Position numbers and translations under genes: made by a program. This document shows positions 56,331 through 64,000 of a DNA stretch of 64,000 bases, one piece after another. The stretch's first letter is position 1, and each line of letters begins with the position of its first letter. Location of the stretch: assembly GCA_020161135.1 (NCBI GenBank), contig JAIUOB010000006.1:35968-99967 (forward strand), written 5' to 3'. The stretch is from Gemmatimonadota bacterium. Its GTDB lineage: Bacteria > Gemmatimonadota > Gemmatimonadetes > Gemmatimonadales > Gemmatimonadaceae. The notes under the pieces were generated by a model. The model saw nothing but the letters and a program-made list of their open reading frames with translations, was not told the origin of the DNA and did not search any database.

Positions 56331-57431
56331 TCATGGTTGCCAATCCGCGATGAACAGGTTGGTCTCACCGGGCTTCGCGTCGTGGCGATTGCTGGCCCAG
56401 ATGAGCTTCTTGCCGTCGGGACTGAACATCGGGAATCCGTCGAAGTCGTCGTGCGTCGTGATCTGCTCGAGCCCCGTGCCATCCAGCTTCACGGTGAACA
56501 GGTCGAAGTTGCGACTGCGCGGATTCTTGTGGTTACTGGAGAAGATGATGCGCGTGCCGTCCGGGGTCCACGACGGACCGAAATTCGCGCCGCCGAGCTT
56601 GGTGATCTGCCGCTGGTCGCTGCCGTCGGCGTTCATCACGAACAGCTCCATGCGGTTGGGCCGGATCATGCGCTTCGCGAGCAGGTCCTGATAGGCCTTG
56701 AGCTCCTGCGGATTGTCGTAGTGCCAGGCGCGGTAGACGATCTTGGTGCCGTCCGGGCTCCACCACGGGCCGCCATCGTAGCCCGGCGTGGTCGTGAGGC
56801 GCTTCACGTCGGTGCCGTCGACATTCATGGTATAGATGTCGAGGTCGCCGTCCTTGAGGCTCGTGAAGACGATGCGCTTGCCGTCGGGCGAGAGCACCCC
56901 TTCGGCGGTGTACACGCCGTAGTTGGTCAGGCGCTTGAGGTTCTTGCCGTCGCGATCGACGGTGTAGATGTCGTAGGGGTCGATGCCCCACACGTAGCCG
57001 GCGCTCGGATCGAGCTTGGGCGGGCAGGCCGTGTCGGCGTGGTGCGTGGCGGCGAAGAACAGCCGGTTGCCACCCGGCAGGAACCATCCGCAGGTGGTCT
57101 TTCCGCCCACCGAGACCTTGGTGAGCCCGCTGCCGTCGGCGCGCATGACGTACTGCTGGTCGCAGCTCCGGCCGTCGCGCGTGCTCTGGAAGGTGATCCA
57201 CTTGCCGTCGGCGCTCCAATACGCCTCGGCGTTCTCCCCGCCGTTCGTGATCTGGCGGATGTTCGTCAGGTGGCCTTCACCGGGGTCGGCCGCGACGGCC
57301 ATGCGCAAGGCGGATCCCGGCGAGGCACCCCCCGCTGTGGCGGTCGAGGAACGGCTGCAGGCAGCAGCGAGGGTGGCGGCGCCGAGCAGTGCGAGCGCGG
57401 AACCGAGCTGGGCAGGGGAGGGAAATCGCAT
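56331..57431 (-). CDS. PD40/TolB-like repeat lipoprotein
   Basis: Lipobox LAAAC; repeats WSADGK, LSPDGK, WSPDGT, WTPDG, FSPDGK. Confidence 0.88.
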   Translation of the reverse strand: MRFPSPAQLGSALALLGAATLAAACSRSSTATAGGASPGSALRMAVAADPGEGHLTNIRQITNGGENAEAYWSADGKWITFQSTRDGRSCDQQYVMRADGSGLTKVSVGGKTTCGWFLPGGNRLFFAATHHADTACPPKLDPSAGYVWGIDPYDIYTVDRDGKNLKRLTNYGVYTAEGVLSPDGKRIVFTSLKDGDLDIYTMNVDGTDVKRLTTTPGYDGGPWWSPDGTKIVYRAWHYDNPQELKAYQDLLAKRMIRPNRMELFVMNADGSDQRQITKLGGANFGPSWTPDGTRIIFSSNHKNPRSRNFDLFTVKLDGTGLEQITTHDDFDGFPMFSPDGKKLIWASNRHDAKPGETNLFIADWQP

Positions 57432-57546
57432 GGGCCGAACCGTATAACCGGTCCGGCCCATGTGCCACTCGGGAAATTACGGGGGGCGTGTCAGGCAAAT
57501 CCCCCCGTGCGCATCTGAAAGGGCGCGTTCGGTCGCGCCCAGTGCG

Positions 57547-59160
57547 TCAGTTGTTCGTGGGGGGACGGCGGGCCACACCCGGCTTGGACACCGGCTCGGC
57601 CGCGCCGGCCACGAACAGGTCCCGCTGCGACGTGCCCTTCTTCATGAGCTCCATGGCACGACGGAGCTGGTTGTCGTCCTTGAGGCTGCGGCGGCGCACC
57701 AGCGTATCGCCAAAGGCGATCTTGGCCACCCGCTCCTCGATGGCGCGGTCGACATCGGAGGCGCCGGCATCCCAGAGGGCGCGGTCGATCTTGACCGTGT
57801 CGGCCACGAGGCGCTGGTACACCTCTTCACGCCACGCCGGGTTCATCGTGAAGTCGGGGCGCACCTTCCCCTTCTGCTGCTCGGCCACCGCCGCGACGTG
57901 CGCGAAGTACTTGCCGAATACGGGCAGCAGCGCGCGACGCAGCGCCTGCTCGGCGCTCGTGAGCGTGTCCGGCGCGACGATCACGTCGGGCGTGATGGCA
58001 CCGCCGCCGTACAGCGTGCGGCCGCTGGCCGACTTGTACGTCGGGCGCGCCTTGCGCACCGAATCGGTCTCCATGCTGTCGGGCTGGACCTCGAGGAACT
58101 GTCCGTCCGCGGTCAGCTTGCGCTCCTTCTGGATGCTGCGTCCCGACGGCGTGTACCACTTGCCGGTCGTGATCTTGAGGGCGTAGCCGCCGTCGAGGTT
58201 GTACACGCTCTGCACGAGCCCCTTGCCGAAGCTCGTCGTGCCCAGCACCAGCGCGCGGTCGTAGTCCTGCAGCGCACCGGCGACGATCTCCGACGCCGAG
58301 GCCGAGCCGCCGTCCACCAGCACGATGAGCGGCACGTCGGGCGCGAGCGGATCCTGCTGCGCCACGAAGCGCTGGAACTCGCCGCGGCCGCGCACTGAGA
58401 GCAGCTCCTTCCCCTTCGGCAGGAAGAGGTTGGACATCGAGAACGCTTCGTCGAGGATGCCGCCCGGGTTGCCGCGCAGGTCGATGATGACGCCCTTCGC
58501 GCCACGCTTGGTCAGCGCGAGCACCGAATTGGCGATGTCCTCGGTGGTCTGCTCGGAGAAGCGCGTCAGCGGCACGTAGCCGGTGCGGTCGTCCAGCATC
58601 ATGCTGAACGGCACGGCCGGCACGTGGATCTCAGCGCGCTTGAAGTTGAGCTTGACCGGCTGCGCCACACCCACGCGCAGGAACTGCACCGTGACCGGCG
58701 TGCCGATGGGCCCGAGCAGCTTGTTCTGCACCTGCTGCGTGTTGAAGCCGCGGGCGTTGGTCGTGTCGATGATGAAGATCTTGTCCCCTTCGAGCACGCC
58801 GCCCTGCTCGGCCGGCGAGTTGGGGAAGACCTTGTTGACCGTGACGTAGTCGCCGACCTTCGAGATCTCCATGCCGATGCCGGCATAGCGCCCGTTGGTG
58901 TTGCGCGAGAACTCTTCGAGCTGCTTGGGGGTGAAGAGCTCCGTGTACGGGTCGTTGAGCTCCTTCACGAGCCCGCGCGCCGCCTTTTCGTAGAGCTGCT
59001 GCGCGTCGAGCGTGTCGACGTAGCGCAGCGCCACGAACGTGAGCACCTGGTCGAGGAGTTGAGCGCCGCCGCGCGTCGCGCGGGCCTGCAGGGCAAAGCC
59101 CGAGGCAAGGAGCGGGACGCAGGCGATGGCCGCCAGGGCGGCCTTGCGGGTGCGGGTCAT
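57547..59160 (-). CDS. ctpA: S41A carboxyl-terminal processing protease with PDZ domain
   Basis: LNDPYT, YAGIGME, PNSPAEQ (PDZ), IDLRGNPGG, SASASEIVAGALQD, SFGKGLVQ, WYTPSGRSIQ. Confidence 0.92.
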   Translation of the reverse strand: MTRTRKAALAAIACVPLLASGFALQARATRGGAQLLDQVLTFVALRYVDTLDAQQLYEKAARGLVKELNDPYTELFTPKQLEEFSRNTNGRYAGIGMEISKVGDYVTVNKVFPNSPAEQGGVLEGDKIFIIDTTNARGFNTQQVQNKLLGPIGTPVTVQFLRVGVAQPVKLNFKRAEIHVPAVPFSMMLDDRTGYVPLTRFSEQTTEDIANSVLALTKRGAKGVIIDLRGNPGGILDEAFSMSNLFLPKGKELLSVRGRGEFQRFVAQQDPLAPDVPLIVLVDGGSASASEIVAGALQDYDRALVLGTTSFGKGLVQSVYNLDGGYALKITTGKWYTPSGRSIQKERKLTADGQFLEVQPDSMETDSVRKARPTYKSASGRTLYGGGAITPDVIVAPDTLTSAEQALRRALLPVFGKYFAHVAAVAEQQKGKVRPDFTMNPAWREEVYQRLVADTVKIDRALWDAGASDVDRAIEERVAKIAFGDTLVRRRSLKDDNQLRRAMELMKKGTSQRDLFVAGAAEPVSKPGVARRPPTNN

Positions 59161-59237
59161 GCAGTTCTCGCGAAGGGAAGGACCGGGAAAGGTACCTCAG
59201 ACTACGTACGCGGGGGATGACCCGCTGTTCCCGCTGA

Positions 59238-60095
59238 CTACGCCTCGTCCCGGGGGCGGGAGCCGAGGACGTAGTCCACATGCCACTGGCGGTCGTACTG
59301 GCGCATGCCGATGTCACGCACGAGCCCCGCACTGAGCAACATCTCGTGGGCCGGCTGCAGCACCCGCTGCAGGTGGGACGGATAGCGCTGGGTGAGCGGC
59401 AACTGCTCGGCCAACCGCTCAAGGGGCACCCGCCAGGACAGGCGGCCGTCGGCCCGGGCCACCTCGAGGATGCGGTACAAGCGGCGGGCCACCGGCGACG
59501 ACAGTGCGTGGTAGCGCGAGGCCGACAGCGTGACGGTGTGCCGGGCGGCCAGGTTGGCGCGGAGGGTGGTGCTGAGGGTGACGCGGGCGTCGCCCGGTTC
59601 GCCGGCGGCCAGGTTGCCGAACAGGTGGAGCTGCTCGCGGTCAGCCACCCGGCGCCGCTGCACGGCCACGGCGCTCAGCACGGTGAAGCTGCAGTCGGCG
59701 TGCGCGGTGGCTGCCGACCAGTAGGCTCCCACCGACTCGAGCGTGGTGCGTTCGAGTCGGCTGAGTGCGGCGCGCAACTGTTCGTAGGTGCGCCCATCGG
59801 CCCGCCGTCCCATGGAGCGCAGGAACGCATGCAACGTGAAGCTCACGATGCCATCGGCCGGGCTCCCCGCCTCGTGGTAGCGGTGCAGCAGCTCGACGTA
59901 GACGTCCTGATCGAAGGTGCCGGGCAGGCGATCGCCGGGCGCGGGGATCACGCGCCAGCGCCCGCCATTCTCGGTCGTGAACGAGACGGGGGCGTCGTCG
60001 GCGGAGTCGGAGAGCCGGAAGAGCGGCAGCTCCTCGAGGGCGCGATCGAGGACGATGCCGCGCATGGCGGGACGCCTGCGGGCGGCGAGGGTCAT
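59238..60095 (-). CDS. Plasmid-type replication initiator protein A-like (RPA/RepA) protein
   Basis: ELPLFRLS, LPGTFDQDVYVELL, FTLHAFLRSMG...GRTYEQLRAALSRL..T, ARRLYRIL recall the replication initiator A family. Start uncertain (60065/60095/60107). Confidence 0.65.
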   Translation of the reverse strand: MTLAARRRPAMRGIVLDRALEELPLFRLSDSADDAPVSFTTENGGRWRVIPAPGDRLPGTFDQDVYVELLHRYHEAGSPADGIVSFTLHAFLRSMGRRADGRTYEQLRAALSRLERTTLESVGAYWSAATAHADCSFTVLSAVAVQRRRVADREQLHLFGNLAAGEPGDARVTLSTTLRANLAARHTVTLSASRYHALSSPVARRLYRILEVARADGRLSWRVPLERLAEQLPLTQRYPSHLQRVLQPAHEMLLSAGLVRDIGMRQYDRQWHVDYVLGSRPRDEA

Positions 60096-60132
60096 GGTCG
60101 TGGACAATACTGACCGACCGCCGAGCGTGACG

Positions 60133-60504
60133 CTAGATACCCAGCGCCTTCTCCCACGTGTCGGCCTTGAAGCCGAGGAGGATGGTGGAGCCGGTGTCGA
60201 GCAGCGGACGCTTGATGAGGTTGGTCTGCGCGAGGAGCATGCGCTTGGCCTTCCGGGCGTCGATGCCCTGCTGCTCCTTGGGCGGGAGCTCCTTGAAGGT
60301 GGTCGAATTGCGGTTGAAGACGTTCTCCCACCCCGCGCGCGCGAACCAGTCGTCGACGACCTTCGGGTCGAGCGGTTCGCGGCGATAGTCGAAGAACTCG
60401 TACGTCACGTGGTGCGCATCGAGCCACTGCATGGCCTTGCGCACCATGTCGCAGGACTTGAAGCCGTAGAGGCGGACCTGCGTGGCTGCTGTGGTCTTCT
60501 TCAT
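60133..60504 (-). CDS. ArsC/Spx/MgsR (YffB-like) family protein
   Basis: LYGFKSCDMVRKA..WL, NRNSTTFKEL, LIKRPLL, LLGF. Confidence 0.88.
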   Translation of the reverse strand: MKKTTAATQVRLYGFKSCDMVRKAMQWLDAHHVTYEFFDYRREPLDPKVVDDWFARAGWENVFNRNSTTFKELPPKEQQGIDARKAKRMLLAQTNLIKRPLLDTGSTILLGFKADTWEKALGI

Positions 60505-60537
60505 GATGTGGTTGTCTATGATCGTGGCGATCGCGCG

Positions 60538-62007
60538 TTACGCGCTGGTTGGATGATTGCGGCTTGTCAACCAGTGTTGATACTCACTCGGTCGAAGTGC
60601 GTAACGGGCTAGCAGTTCAGGGCGCAGTGCACGCAGATCGCTGAGTGCCTGGTCTACGAAGGCACTCCGGTCGGCATCCGGTATGCGTTGATCGCGTGCG
60701 CGTGTCTCCATCTCATCGCGCGTGCCCGGTGCACCAGACAGCACGATCTCGCGCACGACCACTCGGAGTTGGTTGCGGTAGTTGAGTCGAATCGGGTCAG
60801 GGTCTCCCATGGCCTCCCTGAGCACCTTGAACTGTGCGCAGGAGCGCTGATAGGCCCAGACGAACACGTCGCGCAGGAGCGCGATATCGGCTTGCTCATA
60901 CACACCGAGCACTCCTTCGGTGTACAGAGATTCCGGTACATCGATGAAAGACAGTGGGCACAGGTTTGCGCGAACGAGCGGGATGTTGGCCGCCAGTCGA
61001 GACGTTCGCTTGTTTACGTCGATGAAGGGCTGCAAGTATGGCAGATGGACCATCGCAAAGAACGCTTGTTCAATCGGATCGGGTATTGCTGCCGCCTTGA
61101 CGAGGAGTGTTTCGAACAGTTCTTCGACGACCTGCGGAATTGCGGGCGGTGTATAGGTGGAGCTGCCAACGACAACGGCGCGTCGCCGGAGTGCGCCCTC
61201 GTCGTCCTTCTGTTCGAGCAGGTTTTCCGACAACAGCGCGTGCAGCGTGAGGATCGTCGTGCGATTGAAATCGATGTCTGCCGCAGACTCGACGAGAAAC
61301 TCGATAGCGGCCTTGTGGTTCAGGATGATCTGTCGGTCGCGATCGCTTGCTCCTTCCGGTGTGCGACCTTGTTCGAGCAGTTCCTTCGTGTCGATGCGGC
61401 TGTACTGCAATCCTTCGAGTCGACTCGAACCATATGAGAGATCGATGACCAGCCGTCCCATGATGTCACGCGCGTACGTGCCGGCTGGCTGGTCGGCCGC
61501 CGATGTGCGTCCGAGTCCGACCAACTGTTCGCGTGTGGTGGCCGGTACGTACCACGAGGCACCTGGCTCATAGTTTCTGAGCAGCGTCGCGTTGTAGCCC
61601 ACGAGCGCGCGCTCTGCGCGTGGCTTCAACAACTGCGCGCGAAGGCGCGTCGCTGCCGGCGTTAGCGGGATGCCATCGACGTGTGTGGGGGGCGCGTCGG
61701 TACGCGCCGGTTCGCCGGTACTTGCATTCGAGTGTGCAGGGAGATCCTTCGGCGTTGGCGCAGCAACCCGGATGTAGCGGAGCGGTCGCTTGCTGCCCGG
61801 CACGACGGCGATTGCGTTTTGCTGGAGCAGTTCGGCAATGCGTGCGCTGACAGCGCTGTATGAGATCGCGTCGCCAGTCAGCTCCTGGAATCGTTGGCCG
61901 ACCTGTTCTCGCGTTCTTGGCTCGATAGGGTCGATCGCGCTAAGAACCAACGACTTCTCAGCTGATGTCTCGGCTTTTGCTCGTTTACCTCCCTTCTTTT
62001 TGATCAT
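60538..62007 (-). CDS. Fic-domain protein with N-terminal putative winged-helix; lower-GC, probably horizontally acquired
   Basis: GGAGG RBS before ATG 62007; SSRLEG inhibitory-type motif; ILNHKAA; LHALL; variant Fic motif YLQPFIDVNKRTSR; many A/T-ending codons. Confidence 0.85.
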   Translation of the reverse strand: MIKKKGGKRAKAETSAEKSLVLSAIDPIEPRTREQVGQRFQELTGDAISYSAVSARIAELLQQNAIAVVPGSKRPLRYIRVAAPTPKDLPAHSNASTGEPARTDAPPTHVDGIPLTPAATRLRAQLLKPRAERALVGYNATLLRNYEPGASWYVPATTREQLVGLGRTSAADQPAGTYARDIMGRLVIDLSYGSSRLEGLQYSRIDTKELLEQGRTPEGASDRDRQIILNHKAAIEFLVESAADIDFNRTTILTLHALLSENLLEQKDDEGALRRRAVVVGSSTYTPPAIPQVVEELFETLLVKAAAIPDPIEQAFFAMVHLPYLQPFIDVNKRTSRLAANIPLVRANLCPLSFIDVPESLYTEGVLGVYEQADIALLRDVFVWAYQRSCAQFKVLREAMGDPDPIRLNYRNQLRVVVREIVLSGAPGTRDEMETRARDQRIPDADRSAFVDQALSDLRALRPELLARYALRPSEYQHWLTSRNHPTSA

Positions 62008-62150
62008 ATTTCCTCCATGTGTAATTGTTATTGTAAATAAATTCGTTGTCAATGCTAGTTTTGCTTAAAATACACGTATTTTTACCAATTTCTCTAGTAT
62101 AGTGCGCATTTTCTCAATTACCGCCAATATTGGCAATAACTACCGTGAGA
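62008..62150. promoter_or_regulatory. AT-rich upstream region of the Fic gene with two palindromes
   Basis: Markedly AT-rich; AAAATAC-AC-GTATTTT (62067-62082); TTAccGCCAATATTGGCaaTAA (62118-62139); minus-strand TTGACA, TACAAT and TATACT hexamers present. Confidence 0.5.
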
Positions 62151-62200
62151 ACGGCGATCACCGCACACGGAGGACCGCAGAAGGCCGAAGAAGCGAGCCA

Positions 62201-62917
62201 TCACAGCAGCACGGCGTCGAGCGCGCGCTCGGACACCTGGCCGTCGGTCGCGCTCACGTGGTACGCCGTCGCGCCCGCGCGTGTCGCGACCACACGGGCC
62301 ACGTCGGTCCCCTCGAACAGGATACCGGCATCGTTGTCACAGGCGTAGCCGGCCTTCATGCGGCCGCTGCCGATGAGCTGGTGATACAACGGACGACGCC
62401 CGGGCTCGGCGTCGTAATGCGGCGAGTGGCTCCCCGGCAGGAAGCCCAACCCCTGCACGATGGAGAGCGCCTTGGGGCGCGAGTCGGTCGTGCCCTCCTC
62501 GAACCAGCAGAGCGATCCCGCGCTCGCGCCGCCCAGCACGATGCCGCGCTCCCACGCCTCACGCAGCACGACGTCCACCCCCTGCGCCTTCCAGATGGCC
62601 TGCTGGTTGAGCGTGTTCCCCCCGCTCGCGACGATCGCGTCCATCGACAGCAGCACCTCGTCGAAGCCGCGAGTCTGCGACAGGCTCTCGATGAACATCT
62701 TCTGCACGAACGGCGCGACGTCGAGCGGTTCGCACGCGCGATAGAAGCCCACGATGGCGTCCGGGTGATCGCCGACGGCCGTGGGCAGATAGCAGATGCG
62801 CGGCCGCACCTTGCCGGTGAGCTGCGCCATGTAGGCGAGGAAGGTGGTGTTGTAGCCGCCGCCGGCGATGAGGATGCGGCGGGTGGGCTGGGGGGACGGC
62901 GTGTTGCTGGTGGTCAT
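62201..62917 (-). CDS. pepE: Peptidase E (S51 dipeptidase family)
   Basis: ICYLPTA, SGGNTLN, GGASAGSLCWF, GLGFLPGS.SPHY. Confidence 0.85.
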   Translation of the reverse strand: MTTSNTPSPQPTRRILIAGGGYNTTFLAYMAQLTGKVRPRICYLPTAVGDHPDAIVGFYRACEPLDVAPFVQKMFIESLSQTRGFDEVLLSMDAIVASGGNTLNQQAIWKAQGVDVVLREAWERGIVLGGASAGSLCWFEEGTTDSRPKALSIVQGLGFLPGSHSPHYDAEPGRRPLYHQLIGSGRMKAGYACDNDAGILFEGTDVARVVATRAGATAYHVSATDGQVSERALDAVLL

Positions 62918-62954
62918 GGTGACGTGCGTCGGATGGGGCTGGATGTCCTTGGGG

Positions 62955-63107
62955 TGGTCGTGAGCCGTGGGCTCTGAGGTGGCGGGCCGTGGGCCTGGAG
63001 CCGTGGGCCGGGAGTCGTTTCGTGGCGAAGAGCACACCATCCCTGACTCCCGGCTCACGGCCCACGGCCCCCGGCTTCCCCCCTCACACGCTCACGGCCC
63101 ACGACCA
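62955..63107. repeat. Imperfect inverted-repeat element built of GCCGTG(G/A)-type heptamers
   Basis: Left arm 62955-63016 (TGGTCGTGAGCCGTGGG...CCGTGGGCCGGGAGTC), 28-nt spacer, right arm 63045-63107 (GACTCCCGGCTCACGG...CTCACGGCCCACGACCA). Confidence 0.7.
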
Positions 63108-63121
63108 GTCCGCAGCGCCGT

Positions 63122-64000
63122 TCACTGCAGTATCTGCTTCGCGAACGTCTCCGCATCGATGTTCGCGCCGCACACAACGAGCCCCACCCGCTGCCCGGCC
63201 AGCCGCTCGCGCAGCGGATACAGCAGCGCCGCGAGCGCGGCCGCGCCCGCGGGCTCGACCACCAGCTTCGCGCTGCGGAAGGTCATGCGCATGGCATCGC
63301 GAATCTGGTCGTCGCTCACCAGCACCACCTCGTCGGCAAAGTGGCGGTTGAGGGCCAGCGAGTAGGGTTCGCAGCGCGGCGCGCCCAGTGAATCGGCGAT
63401 GGTGCGTACGGCATCGATGGATTCCGGCACGCCCGAGCGGAACGAGCGCGCCATCGTGTCGGCGCCCTCGGGTTCGATGACATATACGCGTGTGTCGGGC
63501 GACAATTGCTTCACCGCGCACGCCACTCCACTCGAGAGGCCGCCACCACCGGCGGCCACGAGCACCGCATCGAGCTCGCTGCCGGCCGCGCGCACCTGCT
63601 CGATGAACTCGAGCCCCACCGTCGCGGTGCCCAGCGACGTGCGCGGCCCTTCATATGGATGGACGAACGTGCGCCCCTGCTCGGCCGCGATCTCGCGCAC
63701 CCGGTCGAAGGCCGTGTGCACCGTGTCCACCAGCTCCACCGTGGCGCCCAGCTCGCGACACACCTGCACGCGAAAGGCGTTGGCCGTGCGCGGCATGACC
63801 ACATGCGCCGTGGTGCCCAGCGTGCGGGCCGAGTAGGCGAGCGAGATGGCGTGGTTGCCGGCGGACACCGCCACCACGCCGCGCGCGAGGGTGTCGGCGT
63901 CGAGCGCCAGCATGACCGTGAGCGCGCCGCGCGGCTTGAATGAGCCCGTGCGCTGGAAGAGCTCCTCCTTGAGCCACACCGTGGTGCCCGGCGCGAGGCG
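63122..64000 (-). CDS. PLP-dependent threonine/serine dehydratase family enzyme (5' end beyond window)
   Basis: LKEELFQRTGSFKPRGA, VSAGNHA, HPYEG, AGGGGLSSG, VVEPAGAA, CGANID. Confidence 0.9.
   Translation of the reverse strand, partial: RLAPGTTVWLKEELFQRTGSFKPRGALTVMLALDADTLARGVVAVSAGNHAISLAYSARTLGTTAHVVMPRTANAFRVQVCRELGATVELVDTVHTAFDRVREIAAEQGRTFVHPYEGPRTSLGTATVGLEFIEQVRAAGSELDAVLVAAGGGGLSSGVACAVKQLSPDTRVYVIEPEGADTMARSFRSGVPESIDAVRTIADSLGAPRCEPYSLALNRHFADEVVLVSDDQIRDAMRMTFRSAKLVVEPAGAAALAALLYPLRERLAGQRVGLVVCGANIDAETFAKQILQ

Noticed and set aside
62008-62150. AT-rich tract as the replication origin for the RepA-like gene
   Set aside because: About 1.9 kb away, beyond two other genes, no iterons seen, and its composition fits the foreign Fic segment better.
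60526-62159. GGCGATC on both sides of the Fic gene as target-site duplication or att sites
   Set aside because: Only 7 bp and GC-rich, so expected by chance; no recombinase nearby.
54894-63107. Heptamer repeats as CRISPR remnants
   Set aside because: No constant repeat of 23-47 nt with unique spacers, and no cas genes.
1-64000. tRNA, rRNA, tmRNA, IS/transposase or prophage genes
   Set aside because: None recognised by eye; tRNAscan-SE, Infernal and ISEScan runs would be needed to exclude them formally.

Overview
GC-rich bacterial chromosomal window, densely coding. Gene content and style resemble Gemmatimonadota (inference, not tested). It holds a nine-gene his operon (hisG-D-C-H-A-B-F-N-IE, minus strand), an argR-argH / argC-argB-argD divergon with an AT-rich ARG-box-like operator, murB, ispG, many exported peptidases (M16 pair, two M28, S41) plus a S51 peptidase, secreted beta-propellers, a TonB-dependent-receptor-like protein, a blue-copper lipoprotein, MarR-YceI, YhaM, a RepA-like gene and one lower-GC Fic gene. 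I saw no tRNA, rRNA, CRISPR array or transposase. The best hidden feature is missing from the ORF track: a complete-looking histidine attenuator upstream of hisG. It comprises a sigma70-type promoter, a 27-aa leader peptide MLSTQTRHHHTHHGHGPTGRGGACMPW, alternative protector and antiterminator pairings, and an intrinsic terminator. Other leads are a Rex/CRP-type palindrome beside the cupredoxin gene, a pair of His-patterned secreted propellers, a TBDR with a C-terminal LTxxQ helical extension, a four-Cys YggX, two CxxC microproteins, a RepA-like gene without iterons, a His-to-Gln Fic variant and a heptamer-built inverted-repeat element. Start codons were chosen by eye, and product calls rest on remembered motifs, not database searches.
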